A DNA stretch of 31,911 nucleotides from Candidatus Colwellbacteria bacterium GWA2_46_10 (GTDB taxonomy: Bacteria; Patescibacteriota; Minisyncoccia; UBA6257; Colwellbacteraceae). The first letter of the stretch is position 1. The number at the start of each line of letters is the position of its first letter. This document shows, one piece after another, positions 1-7,444 of the stretch. The stretch spans positions 1 through 31,911 of the forward strand of contig MHIS01000015.1 of assembly GCA_001817635.1 (NCBI GenBank). The letters are read 5' to 3'. The translations under genes were made by a program, and so were the position numbers. Below the pieces are notes generated by a model that did not search any database, was not told the DNA's origin, and saw only the letters and a list, made by a program, of their open reading frames with translations.

Positions 1-266
1 TCTCCAAGCTTCTCTACCTTCTCCACCCTCTGCCCTCCCACTATCTCAATATCATTTTGGTAGACCCGAAGGTGGGCTTCTAACTGCTTCGCCAGATCAA
101 ATCCTGACAAATTAGTTTGTCCGATCCAGTTTTGGATATCGTCTGAAATAGTAGATTGACCGCCAAATTCCTCTGTGATAATGGCTGTTTTTATCTTCTT
201 CCTGGCGGCGTAAATAGCGGCTGCCACCCCCGCAGGGCCTCCACCAATGATTATGAGCTCAAACAT
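1..266 (-). CDS. FAD-dependent pyridine nucleotide-disulfide oxidoreductase (thioredoxin reductase/AhpF-like), N-terminal part, runs off the window edge
   Basis: Absent from the ORF track. Manual minus-strand translation from the ATG at 266 gives MFELIIIGGGPAGVAAAIYAARKKIKTAIITEEFGGQSTISDDIQNWIG..., with the GxGPAG FAD-binding motif and the GGQ...I.NW.G segment typical of TrxB/AhpF. It lies next to a glutaredoxin. Confidence 0.9.
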   Translation of the reverse strand, partial: MFELIIIGGGPAGVAAAIYAARKKIKTAIITEEFGGQSTISDDIQNWIGQTNLSGFDLAKQLEAHLRVYQNDIEIVGGQRVEKVEKLG

Positions 267-294
267 AGAACCCATTTTAACAAAGCGTTCCCAA

Positions 295-326
295 AAAGAA
301 ACCTCCCCAATCGGGGAGGCCTCTTT
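295..326 (-). terminator. Intrinsic terminator between the Cys4 gene and the TrxB-like gene
   Basis: Minus strand reads AAAGAGGCCTCCCC-GATT-GGGGAGGTTTCTTT then TT: a 14-bp stem including two G:U pairs, running into a U-rich tail. Confidence 0.7.
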
Positions 327-348
327 ATTTTTACGAGCCTGGGTTAAC

Positions 349-579
349 CTAGGCTACAGTCGGATCGCCACCTTCGGCAGGGGTCTCCTCAGCAGGAGGA
401 GTCTCCATGGGAACCTCAGGAGCCACTATAGGAGCTACCTCGGGGGTAGGCTCTTCTGCAGGAACCACAGGGGTGTCCGGCGTATTGTCTTGCAATCTAA
501 TGTTCATCGGGATATTACACACCGGGCAAGCTCCAGCTTCATTACCAACTCTATTACATTGTCGGCACTGATAAGCCAT
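349..579 (-). CDS. Small Cys4 (CxxC...CPxC) zinc-ribbon/rubredoxin-like protein with a Pro/Glu/Ala-rich acidic tail
   Basis: MAYQCRQC...GACPVC followed by a low-complexity PEVAP/EETPAE tail. It starts 13 nt after the glutaredoxin stop on the same strand and is followed by a terminator. Confidence 0.7.
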   Translation of the reverse strand: MAYQCRQCNRVGNEAGACPVCNIPMNIRLQDNTPDTPVVPAEEPTPEVAPIVAPEVPMETPPAEETPAEGGDPTVA

Positions 580-592
580 AGTTGCCCGAAAG

Positions 593-835
593 TTAAGCGA
601 CCTTTACTAATGCTTCTTCAAGCTTAGTGCGGTTGAAGCCTACTAGAATCTGTCCGTTGATGTCAAATACAGGTACCGTCATCTCATTGGATTTCTTTAA
701 CATCTCTTCCATCAGCTTTTGATTCTGGGTTATGTCTATTTCTTCAAAACTAAGATTCTTTTTATTGAAAATCTCCTTGGCTAGTTTGCAATACTTGCAA
801 AAGGGGGTGCTGTACATTTTGATATTCATAGCCAT
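593..835 (-). CDS. Glutaredoxin/NrdH-like redoxin
   Basis: YSTPFCKYC active-site motif, TVP cis-Pro motif, and the ING..LVGF C-terminal motif. Confidence 0.93.
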   Translation of the reverse strand: MAMNIKMYSTPFCKYCKLAKEIFNKKNLSFEEIDITQNQKLMEEMLKKSNEMTVPVFDINGQILVGFNRTKLEEALVKVA

Positions 836-868
836 GGTATCTTACTTGCTCGTAATCTTGCGTCAAAT

Positions 869-1252
869 TTATTGCGTAACGTTCCGACTGCGGATCAACT
901 GCATCACCTGACTATCTTCACCCACTCTACTGATTGAAGCCACTTGGCTGCGGTTCAAAAACAATTTATTCGGGGACCACACCAACAAATCCAAGGGTAC
1001 TATCTGCGAAGTAACTTGCTCTGGGTTATTAGGGTCAGCTACCGTTTGCAGCGTGTACGGATCGGAGAGTGAAAGTCTTGGGAAATATGAAAGTTGGCCA
1101 AAATATACATCTCCGCTCGCCAAAATCACCGCCGAATATGGACGAGGAGTTATTCTCCAGATATATGCTCCCGCTAGAAGCAAAACAACGACGGTGAACG
1201 TCATCGCCACCGCCATCCCAAATCCAAATCTCTTATTTTTCTTCTCTGCCAT
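869..1252 (-). CDS. Single-TM-anchored hypothetical protein (YSAVILASGDVYFG motif); paralog of 4877..5257
   Basis: A basic N-terminus and one hydrophobic helix precede a beta-rich domain. The start was moved to the ATG at 1252 (MAEKK) because the track start at 1303 overlaps the divergent flippase. Confidence 0.75.
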   Translation of the reverse strand: MAEKKNKRFGFGMAVAMTFTVVVLLLAGAYIWRITPRPYSAVILASGDVYFGQLSYFPRLSLSDPYTLQTVADPNNPEQVTSQIVPLDLLVWSPNKLFLNRSQVASISRVGEDSQVMQLIRSRNVTQ

Positions 1253-1296
1253 GTTAGCTCGTTGAATATAAGGCATTATAAACTTATATTGGATAT

Positions 1297-2790
1297 ATGC
1301 CAAAATCTGGGGAGAACTCCAAGTTGAAGCGCTTCCTCTTCCATAACCAGAATACGGCCCAGACTATAGCCAAGAACACCTTTTGGCTTTCTTTTGGCGA
1401 GATAACGGGCCGATTTTTGCGCGTAGCGATCATTTTCTACGCCGCCAGGGTCTTGGGAGTAGCTGGGTACGGTACTTTCTCCTACATGACTAACTTGGCG
1501 GGTCTGGTGACTATCTTCTCCGATGTTGGGTTAAGCGGAGTCCTGATCAGGGAAGTCGCCAAGGACAAGGAAAAGAGAATGGCTCTTTTCTCTACATCCC
1601 TTGTCCTCAAAATGGCGCTTCTTCTGTTGAGTTTGTTCTTTATTGTATTCGGCACACCTCTCATAACCAGCATCCCCATTAGCAAAACTTTAATCCTCGC
1701 TACTGCGGCTTTATTCATCTTTGATTCTCTGCGTCGTTTCGGAAGTTCCATCTTCAGAGCAGAAGAGCGCATGGAGTTGGAGGCGTTAATAAATATCTTT
1801 ACCCAAGTAGTAATTGTGGGAATTGGTTTTATCGCTCTCTTCCTACGCCCCGCTCCAGAAACACTTACCTTAGCCTATGCTATTGGAGCCGGTGTGGGAT
1901 TTATCGCTACCGTAAGTTTTCTTCTCCCATACATTAAAAGAATTATTTCCCACTTTGATCGCACTTTGATACGCTCCCTCATCAGCGCCGCTTGGCCCAT
2001 GACCCTAGCTTCTATCTTTGGAACGTTGATGGTGAACGTGGACACCATAATGATTGGTTGGTTCTTTGACGCCCATGCAGTTGGACTGTACGCCGCAGCT
2101 CAAAAACCGATTGCCTTTTTCTACCTCCTCCCCGCCTTGATTGTGGGAGGACTTTTCCCCACTCTTTCCCGTTTGGTAAAAACAAACGCCGAGGAGTTCA
2201 CCAGGGTTGTCGAAAGAGGGTTGTCGGCCGTAATGCTCATGGCTATTCCGCTGGTCGTGAGCATCCTGCTAACCGCCGAGCAAATATCCAATCTCTTCTA
2301 CGGAGATGCCTACCTAGGATCAGCCGCATCCCTAAGAATTCTTTCCTTGACTTTGCTCCTAACTTTCCCGGCCACGGTACTCATTCACTCTCTCTTCGCC
2401 CACAATAAGCAAAAGGATTTGGTTCCGTTTTGGACTTTTGGTTCTGTTCTAGACGTCATCCTTAACTGGTTGATGATTCCTGTCTTCGGGATAATAGGGG
2501 CGGCTGTCTCCAGCGTTATCTCTCAGTTAACCATAAACGGGGTCCTCTGGAGGAAGGCTAGGGCCGTAAGCCCCTTCCACCTTTTGCCCCGCATTGGTGG
2601 CATCATTAAAGCCACCGCCCTCATGGCTATTGTGATTTTAGGGATGAATTTCTTGAATATTCCCTTTATATTCACCATATTTACCGCTCTTCTAACCTAC
2701 TTCATCGGGTTAATCGTTTTCAAAGACCACACCCTGATTGAACTTAGAAGGACGGTTAGTAACGCATACCATGATAGTGGCGATAAATAA
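1297..2790 (+). CDS. Oligosaccharide flippase (Wzx/MOP superfamily)
   Basis: A 497-aa polytopic membrane protein with IAKNTFWL, ARVLGVAGYG and D.IMIGWF...AVGLY.AA motifs typical of polysaccharide flippases. Confidence 0.9.
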   Translation: MPKSGENSKLKRFLFHNQNTAQTIAKNTFWLSFGEITGRFLRVAIIFYAARVLGVAGYGTFSYMTNLAGLVTIFSDVGLSGVLIREVAKDKEKRMALFSTSLVLKMALLLLSLFFIVFGTPLITSIPISKTLILATAALFIFDSLRRFGSSIFRAEERMELEALINIFTQVVIVGIGFIALFLRPAPETLTLAYAIGAGVGFIATVSFLLPYIKRIISHFDRTLIRSLISAAWPMTLASIFGTLMVNVDTIMIGWFFDAHAVGLYAAAQKPIAFFYLLPALIVGGLFPTLSRLVKTNAEEFTRVVERGLSAVMLMAIPLVVSILLTAEQISNLFYGDAYLGSAASLRILSLTLLLTFPATVLIHSLFAHNKQKDLVPFWTFGSVLDVILNWLMIPVFGIIGAAVSSVISQLTINGVLWRKARAVSPFHLLPRIGGIIKATALMAIVILGMNFLNIPFIFTIFTALLTYFIGLIVFKDHTLIELRRTVSNAYHDSGDK

Positions 2791-3460
2791 GCCTAAGGGG
2801 ATTACTTCCCACGACGTCGTCAACAAAATACGTAAAATAACCAACGTTAAGCGCGTAGGACACGGCGGCACCCTTGACCCTCTTGCTTCGGGAGTTCTAG
2901 TTGTGGCTATAGGAAGAGATTCAACTAAAAAGTTGGGAGAGATACTAAAAAATGCCGACAAGGAATATGAGGCCACTATAGAATTCGGGAAAACAAGCCC
3001 TACCGATGATGCCGAGGGGACAATCACTCCCGTAAAAACCAAAAGCATCTTGAATAAAGCCAAATTACTTCTAGCCCTCAAGAAATTTACCGGTACCATA
3101 GAACAAATTCCTCCTGCCTACTCGGCAGTTAAAATATCTGGACGTCCTGCGTATAAGATAGCGCGTAAAGGAAACAGGGTGGCGCTCAAAAAGCGTAAAG
3201 TAACCATAAAAGAAGCGAAGCTTGTCTCCTTCGATCCTCCCGTTGCTAAGATAAAATTTGTAGTTTCATCTGGCACATACATCCGTTCCATCGCGAGAGA
3301 TCTAGGAAAATACTTAAACGTGGGCGGATATTTAAAAGAACTCACGCGCACCCGTGTAGGTGGGTTCAAAATACAGGATAGTCTGGGTCTGGGGAACCTA
3401 GCTCAACAGCTCCAGATCAAGGGCGCTAAAGAAGATGGCGTGGTCTATGTAGGAAAGTAG
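2771..3460 (+). CDS. truB: tRNA pseudouridine(55) synthase
   Basis: NKPKGITSHDVV, VGHGGTLDPLASGVL (catalytic Asp), PPAYSAVK and SSGTYIRSIARDLG motifs. The likely start is the ATG at 2771 (MIVAINKP), overlapping the flippase stop. Confidence 0.97.
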   Translation: MIVAINKPKGITSHDVVNKIRKITNVKRVGHGGTLDPLASGVLVVAIGRDSTKKLGEILKNADKEYEATIEFGKTSPTDDAEGTITPVKTKSILNKAKLLLALKKFTGTIEQIPPAYSAVKISGRPAYKIARKGNRVALKKRKVTIKEAKLVSFDPPVAKIKFVVSSGTYIRSIARDLGKYLNVGGYLKELTRTRVGGFKIQDSLGLGNLAQQLQIKGAKEDGVVYVGK

Positions 3461-3717
3461 TATCTTTGCTCAGCGACAAGGCGGTACCCTATCTATCCCT
3501 CCACAAGTGAGTAAGTTCAGCTGAATGTAAAAAGGGCAACTAGTCCTATTATCGGGGTGACTTCGCCCGTCGTAGAAGAAAGGAGACCTTTGGAGTATTG
3601 ACGGTCAAGGTGGAGGGCCCCTAAGGAGTGGAGAACTCCGCAACCGTATCCTTACCGCATAATTGCCGATTTCCGTATGGTTTGACTAGCTAGTATCAAA
3701 GCGGGAGAATAGGGGTA

Positions 3718-4329
3718 ATGGATAAGTACGCCTTTATAGATGTACGCAATGCGGACGCCACAACTAGCGAGCTGTGCGGATTTTATATTGACTGGGGAAA
3801 ATTACATAAACATCTGATAGAGAGGTGGGGTTGTAAGCAGGCGTTTTATTATACTGGGATTGAGCAGGGAAACGACGAAGAGACAAAAGAATTCGATGCG
3901 TTATCTAGACTCGATAGTAGTGTGGCGAGAACGAAACCAATGCAAATATATAAAATTCCAGACCGCAAGATAAGCGTTGTGTGTAATAAATGTGGCGAAA
4001 GCGTGGTGGATACAATAGATATGGGTTACAAAAGAAAGGGGAATTGCGACGTAGACCTCACTATAGATTTGTTAGAGAATGCTAAGAGTGAAACGGAAAT
4101 GTATCTTTTTACGGGGGACGGTGACTTTGCCCCACTAGTGAGAAAGGCCATAGAGAGGGGCGTATCAAAAGTACATATAGTGTCAAGTGACAAAGTTATT
4201 ATGAGGGCTGGCATACCCAATAGAAGACTCAGCACAAAGATAAAAGCTTTATTTAAAGAGTTTCGGGGGAAAGTTGACTTAGTGGATATAGATTCGCTTC
4301 GAGACCGAATAAAGAAAGATATAATCTAA
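3718..4329 (+). CDS. NYN domain (LabA/DUF88, PIN-like fold) putative RNase with an inserted CxxC hairpin
   Basis: AFIDVRN, KGNCDVDLTID and FTGDGDF carry the acidic PIN/NYN catalytic motifs. The insert VVCNKCGESV lies before the KGN.D motif. Confidence 0.9.
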   Translation: MDKYAFIDVRNADATTSELCGFYIDWGKLHKHLIERWGCKQAFYYTGIEQGNDEETKEFDALSRLDSSVARTKPMQIYKIPDRKISVVCNKCGESVVDTIDMGYKRKGNCDVDLTIDLLENAKSETEMYLFTGDGDFAPLVRKAIERGVSKVHIVSSDKVIMRAGIPNRRLSTKIKALFKEFRGKVDLVDIDSLRDRIKKDII

Positions 4330-4341
4330 GCTAGGCAGAAC

Positions 4342-4388
4342 AAAAAAGAACGCCACGAAGCGTGACGTTCTCGAATGATGCTATTATA
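4342..4388 (-). ncRNA. Candidate tiny antisense unit: TATAAT box, 11 nt, 10-bp hairpin, U-tract; could instead be only a terminator
   Basis: Minus strand: TATAAT (4388-4383) AGCATCATTCG AGAACGTCAC-GCTTC-GTGGCGTTCT TTTTT. The stem has a G:U pair on the minus strand that would be a C:A mismatch on plus. A TTGACT box (4414-4409) sits at a non-optimal 20-nt spacing. Confidence 0.4.
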
Positions 4389-4418
4389 GTAATCGATGTT
4401 ACAACAGAAGTCAAATCT

Positions 4419-4427
4419 TGTGGATAA
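4419..4427 (-). promoter_or_regulatory. Perfect DnaA box (TTATCCACA)
   Basis: TGTGGATAA on plus is the reverse complement of the consensus DnaA box. It is a single site and its function is untested. Confidence 0.4.
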
Positions 4428-4456
4428 GGGTGTAAACGACCAGGGAATAAGCCGGT

Positions 4457-4681
4457 TTAACCTCTTAGCCACTTTGAGGCGGGTAATAAGACACCGACTA
4501 GGTGTAAAAAACCGTTGCGGAGTTTTAAAAACAGTCCGCTTTTGGTGTTACGGTTTAGAAATAGCGAGGCTGTACTTTGAGGTACACTGAAGACTCCTTG
4601 GAATTCACGAGGAGTGAATACCTCCAGGCTTATAGACTTGAGTTTTTCTTCAACCCCTATGCGATTCAGTTTTTTAACCAT
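4457..4681 (-). pseudogene. Truncated AbiEi-like (type IV toxin-antitoxin antitoxin) N-terminal wHTH remnant
   Basis: MVKKLNRIGVEEKLKSISLEVFTPREFQGVF...GLFLKLRNGF resembles the N-terminal wHTH of AbiEi-family proteins (recognised from memory). Similarity ends at KLRNGF, and no frame supplies the C-terminal domain. Confidence 0.6.
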
Positions 4682-4765
4682 ATTGTATAAAAAGTGAATT
4701 GGCTTATTTAAGCCTAGAATGGGTGCGTAACAAAGTCAAATGCCCGTTTTACTACCCAAACCCCT

Positions 4766-4805
4766 AATCAACCAATCTTATATATAAGTATAAGAACGGT
4801 TGATT
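4766..4805. repeat. 40-bp imperfect palindrome (cruciform/operator-like) between divergent genes
   Basis: AATCAACC-aa-TCTTATA-tataag-TATAAGA-ac-GGTTGATT: 8-bp plus 7-bp arms. Confidence 0.85.
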
Positions 4806-4876
4806 GGTGAAAGCGAGTTATAGCTAGTTAATAACCTATTTGCTAACCCAAAAGCAGTTTTGATATACTCCTTTGT

Positions 4877-5257
4877 ATGAATAAAAAAATGGTCTTGGGC
4901 GGATTTGTGGGCGCCGTAATAATTGTCGCCGCACTAGGGGTATATTTGATAGTCCCTATGCCAATCTCTGGTGGATATATGGCTATCACCACGGTCACTG
5001 ACCAGTTCTTTGTGGGTCGCGCATATCGCACACCCTTTTCCAAGTTTATTGAACTACGCGAGCCATTTCTTCTTCAGGCCATAACAGATGCTGAAACCAA
5101 TACCGCAACGCCTCAACTTGTGGACCTCTCGGTAGACTCATATTGGATGCCCAAAAAGGTGTTCATCCACATTGATAATATAGTCAGTAAGGGTGAGGTA
5201 AGCCCAGAGAGCCTGATAGCCACCAAAATAGCGGAATACAAGGCCGCTACCAAATAA
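4877..5257 (+). CDS. Single-TM-anchored hypothetical protein; paralog of 869..1252
   Basis: N-terminal hydrophobic helix, then YMAITTVTDQFFVG...L.EPF.LQ...PQLVDL...W.PKKVFI....IV..GEV.PES, which aligns by eye with the 869..1252 product. Confidence 0.8.
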   Translation: MNKKMVLGGFVGAVIIVAALGVYLIVPMPISGGYMAITTVTDQFFVGRAYRTPFSKFIELREPFLLQAITDAETNTATPQLVDLSVDSYWMPKKVFIHIDNIVSKGEVSPESLIATKIAEYKAATK

Positions 5258-5268
5258 AACTAGCCACA

Positions 5269-5305
5269 AAACAAAAGACCAGCCATAAAGGCTGGTCTTT
5301 TGTTT
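5269..5305. terminator. Bidirectional intrinsic terminator between convergent genes
   Basis: AAACAAAAGACCAGCC-ataaa-GGCTGGTCTTTTGTTT: a perfect 16-bp stem with A/T tails on both sides. Confidence 0.92.
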
Positions 5306-5321
5306 CACTTGGCCTTTCCGC

Positions 5322-6155
5322 CTAGAGACTACAATCCGCGTTAGCCGCCGCTCTGGTTAATGGACCAAAGCTGTTGGGAACCGGAGAGATGCTCTTGGAC
5401 GTCTGGTAAGCTCCAACTGCATTAGCAGTCAAGCTGTAGTAGTTACCAGTATTGTAGCCAGCGGCAAGGTGCCCCCTGCTAATCATGAATGCCTGCATTC
5501 TCTTTACCTCATTACTTACCATTCCATAGGCAAGATCTGTGCTAAAGGTCGCAGAGCAAACTGCCGCTTCGGCAGGTGCTGCTGGTCCTCCAGCAGCTGC
5601 TTGTAGTTGCGCGAGTAATGCCGTCAATCGAGCAAGCTCTGTCTGCAACTCAGGAATTGTCATTTGGCTGATCGGCTTACTAGGAGCTAGCGTTGTGCCA
5701 GTAGTAGCAGTAGTGCCACTGGAACCACCGCCTCCGCCACCACCGCCGCCTCCACCGCCACCACCAGTATCCGTTGGACACGTGTTGTCAGTTGGCGTAA
5801 CGGTGATTGTCTCACCAAGAGAACCGCCGGTGATAACGACTTTCCCCTCGCCCCCCACGCAAGTATTGGTTACATCAGCACTAGTGGCACCGGTAACTTC
5901 GAATTTCCTATCCGTAGACATGATAGTGAAGGTGTTCCCGCTACCAACAGCAACCTGAACACTTCCCGTGCCTACGACCAGACTATCCGCCTCAGAGTTA
6001 CCAGCGATCATGAGGTCAACGTCGGGACTTGATAGGTCAATCGTATAGGTGTTGTTGAACGTGAGATTTGCAGCATTTGCGACTCCTCCCATACCCAACG
6101 CCATCGCCAGGACAGCGAAGACCAAGTAGCCTAACTTTGATTTGTGTTTCATCAT
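5322..6155 (-). CDS. Secreted protein: signal peptide, beta-rich domain, poly-Gly linker, coiled coil, C-terminal peptidoglycan-binding-like domain
   Basis: Signal peptide ending ANA/A; a G-rich linker; ELQTELARLTALLAQLQ coiled coil; L.YG....EVKRMQAF...AV..YQ....I.P....FGPLTRA PG-binding (PGBD) pattern. The start is probably MMKHK (6155) rather than 6176. Confidence 0.85.
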   Translation of the reverse strand: MMKHKSKLGYLVFAVLAMALGMGGVANAANLTFNNTYTIDLSSPDVDLMIAGNSEADSLVVGTGSVQVAVGSGNTFTIMSTDRKFEVTGATSADVTNTCVGGEGKVVITGGSLGETITVTPTDNTCPTDTGGGGGGGGGGGGGGSSGTTATTGTTLAPSKPISQMTIPELQTELARLTALLAQLQAAAGGPAAPAEAAVCSATFSTDLAYGMVSNEVKRMQAFMISRGHLAAGYNTGNYYSLTANAVGAYQTSKSISPVPNSFGPLTRAAANADCSL

Positions 6156-6223
6156 TTCTGTTTTTAATCCGCCCAAGCCCGACCTTGTAAAAAAAGTGAC
6201 TCGGGTTGGATTTAGAGCTAGTG

Positions 6224-7174
6224 TTACTCGTTCGTTACGCTACCGGCATCAAAAACAGGAATGTAGTACGCTGTCCCTGCAATATCAACCTGGATCAATC
6301 CATCAGCTGTTGTTGAACCAGTTATGGCGTATTGGTCAACGCCCGCGTCTGTGTCAGCACCGTTTGTTCCATCGGCTTCGGCGAAGTCCAGAACGTTGGT
6401 AACTGTTCCATCAAAGGTGATACCGTTAGTCCAACTGCTACCAGCAACGGAGTTAAGGTAAATACCATACTCTCTGGCTATACCGGTATAACCACCGTCC
6501 ATCAAGATACCGTAGTTTGTTCCGGTACCATCCTGGTTGTCATCGTAAATTCTAATCCCGGCAACCTCAGTTGGTGTTGACGAATCCTGACTAACATAGA
6601 CATCCAAACCATGTATGGTGGTGCCTGTGCTACCAGAACGGCTATCTACCTCAACTTTTGCACCCGTTATACTGCCAGCCGTACCACCGTTTGAATTCTG
6701 GGTCTTGATATACATCCCCTGCATATCGTAGTCCGCATGATTCGCCTCACCATTAGACATCCTTATGTCAAGAGTGGTGTCTGTCCCGTCAAAGCTTGCG
6801 GCTGCAGCTCCATCCCTAGAACCGCTTAATGCCAAACCGTAAGTTCGGTGATCGGCATCTCCGAAAGTCATTGGAACTTTCAGAGCCTCGTGGTAACTAA
6901 TGGAAGCCGTCGTAGTTGAGGTTAGCGGTGTAATGACAATTGACCTTAGGGTTGTCCCACTGACGCTCCCAGCCGCTATGGTGGATGTATCAGATAGAGT
7001 CATGTCCGGAACCGTAAAAGTGCCACTATCCGCAAGGGTCAAGTTACCATCACTAGTAATGGTAAGTGCTCCTAGTGTCAAAGCAGCCGAAGCTGGTGCC
7101 GCTAGAAAGACCACCATAGCTAGCATACCTACTGCAGCACTAAACCTAATTAATGTATTTTTCATGTGTTTCAT
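6224..7174 (-). CDS. Secreted Gly/Thr/Asp-rich, beta-rich fibre/adhesin-like protein
   Basis: Signal peptide (AAPASA/A); repeated short beta motifs (YGLAL, QGMYI, HGLDV, AGIRI, YGILM, YGIYL, NGITF); C-terminal LIQVDIAGTAYYIPVF. Confidence 0.75.
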   Translation of the reverse strand: MKHMKNTLIRFSAAVGMLAMVVFLAAPASAALTLGALTITSDGNLTLADSGTFTVPDMTLSDTSTIAAGSVSGTTLRSIVITPLTSTTTASISYHEALKVPMTFGDADHRTYGLALSGSRDGAAAASFDGTDTTLDIRMSNGEANHADYDMQGMYIKTQNSNGGTAGSITGAKVEVDSRSGSTGTTIHGLDVYVSQDSSTPTEVAGIRIYDDNQDGTGTNYGILMDGGYTGIAREYGIYLNSVAGSSWTNGITFDGTVTNVLDFAEADGTNGADTDAGVDQYAITGSTTADGLIQVDIAGTAYYIPVFDAGSVTNE

Positions 7175-7444
7175 TTATTAATTTTTAACTCATACGGATG
7201 AAATAACCTAGGAATCGACCTATCACCCATTATTTCTCCGTTTGTATTTTTACTTTCTTTAATTGTCTCAATCGACCTTTAAAAAACCCGCACGATAAGA
7301 CGTGTCGCGATTAGCTTTAAGTATATAAGCATAGTAATTATTCTAAAAAGGGTATGAGGAAAAACTGGGGATAAAAGTAAAGACGCAAAACCACCCTAAA
7401 GTGGCAGTTTTATCGATTCGCTAAAACGAGTAGTATTAAAGGAG

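Noticed and set aside
156-627. Plus-strand ORFs 156..347 and 247..627
   Set aside because: They are shadows of the minus-strand TrxB-like, Cys4 and glutaredoxin genes and cross a terminator.
1265-1290. AATATAAG-N10-CTTATATT inverted repeat as a shared operator with the 4766-4805 palindrome upstream of the two paralogs
   Set aside because: Half-site orientation and spacing differ, and the sequence is very AT-rich, so a chance match is plausible.
4457-4520. Programmed frameshift or phase variation at the T6 run restoring full-length AbiEi
   Set aside because: One alternative frame stops after two codons; the other reads on but shows no AbiEi-like sequence before the NYN gene.
5725-5766. Poly-Gly tract (and the TGTGTG linker at ~22960-23010) as DNA repeats or mobile elements
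   Set aside because: Codons are mixed, which fits protein-level low-complexity linkers rather than recent DNA slippage.
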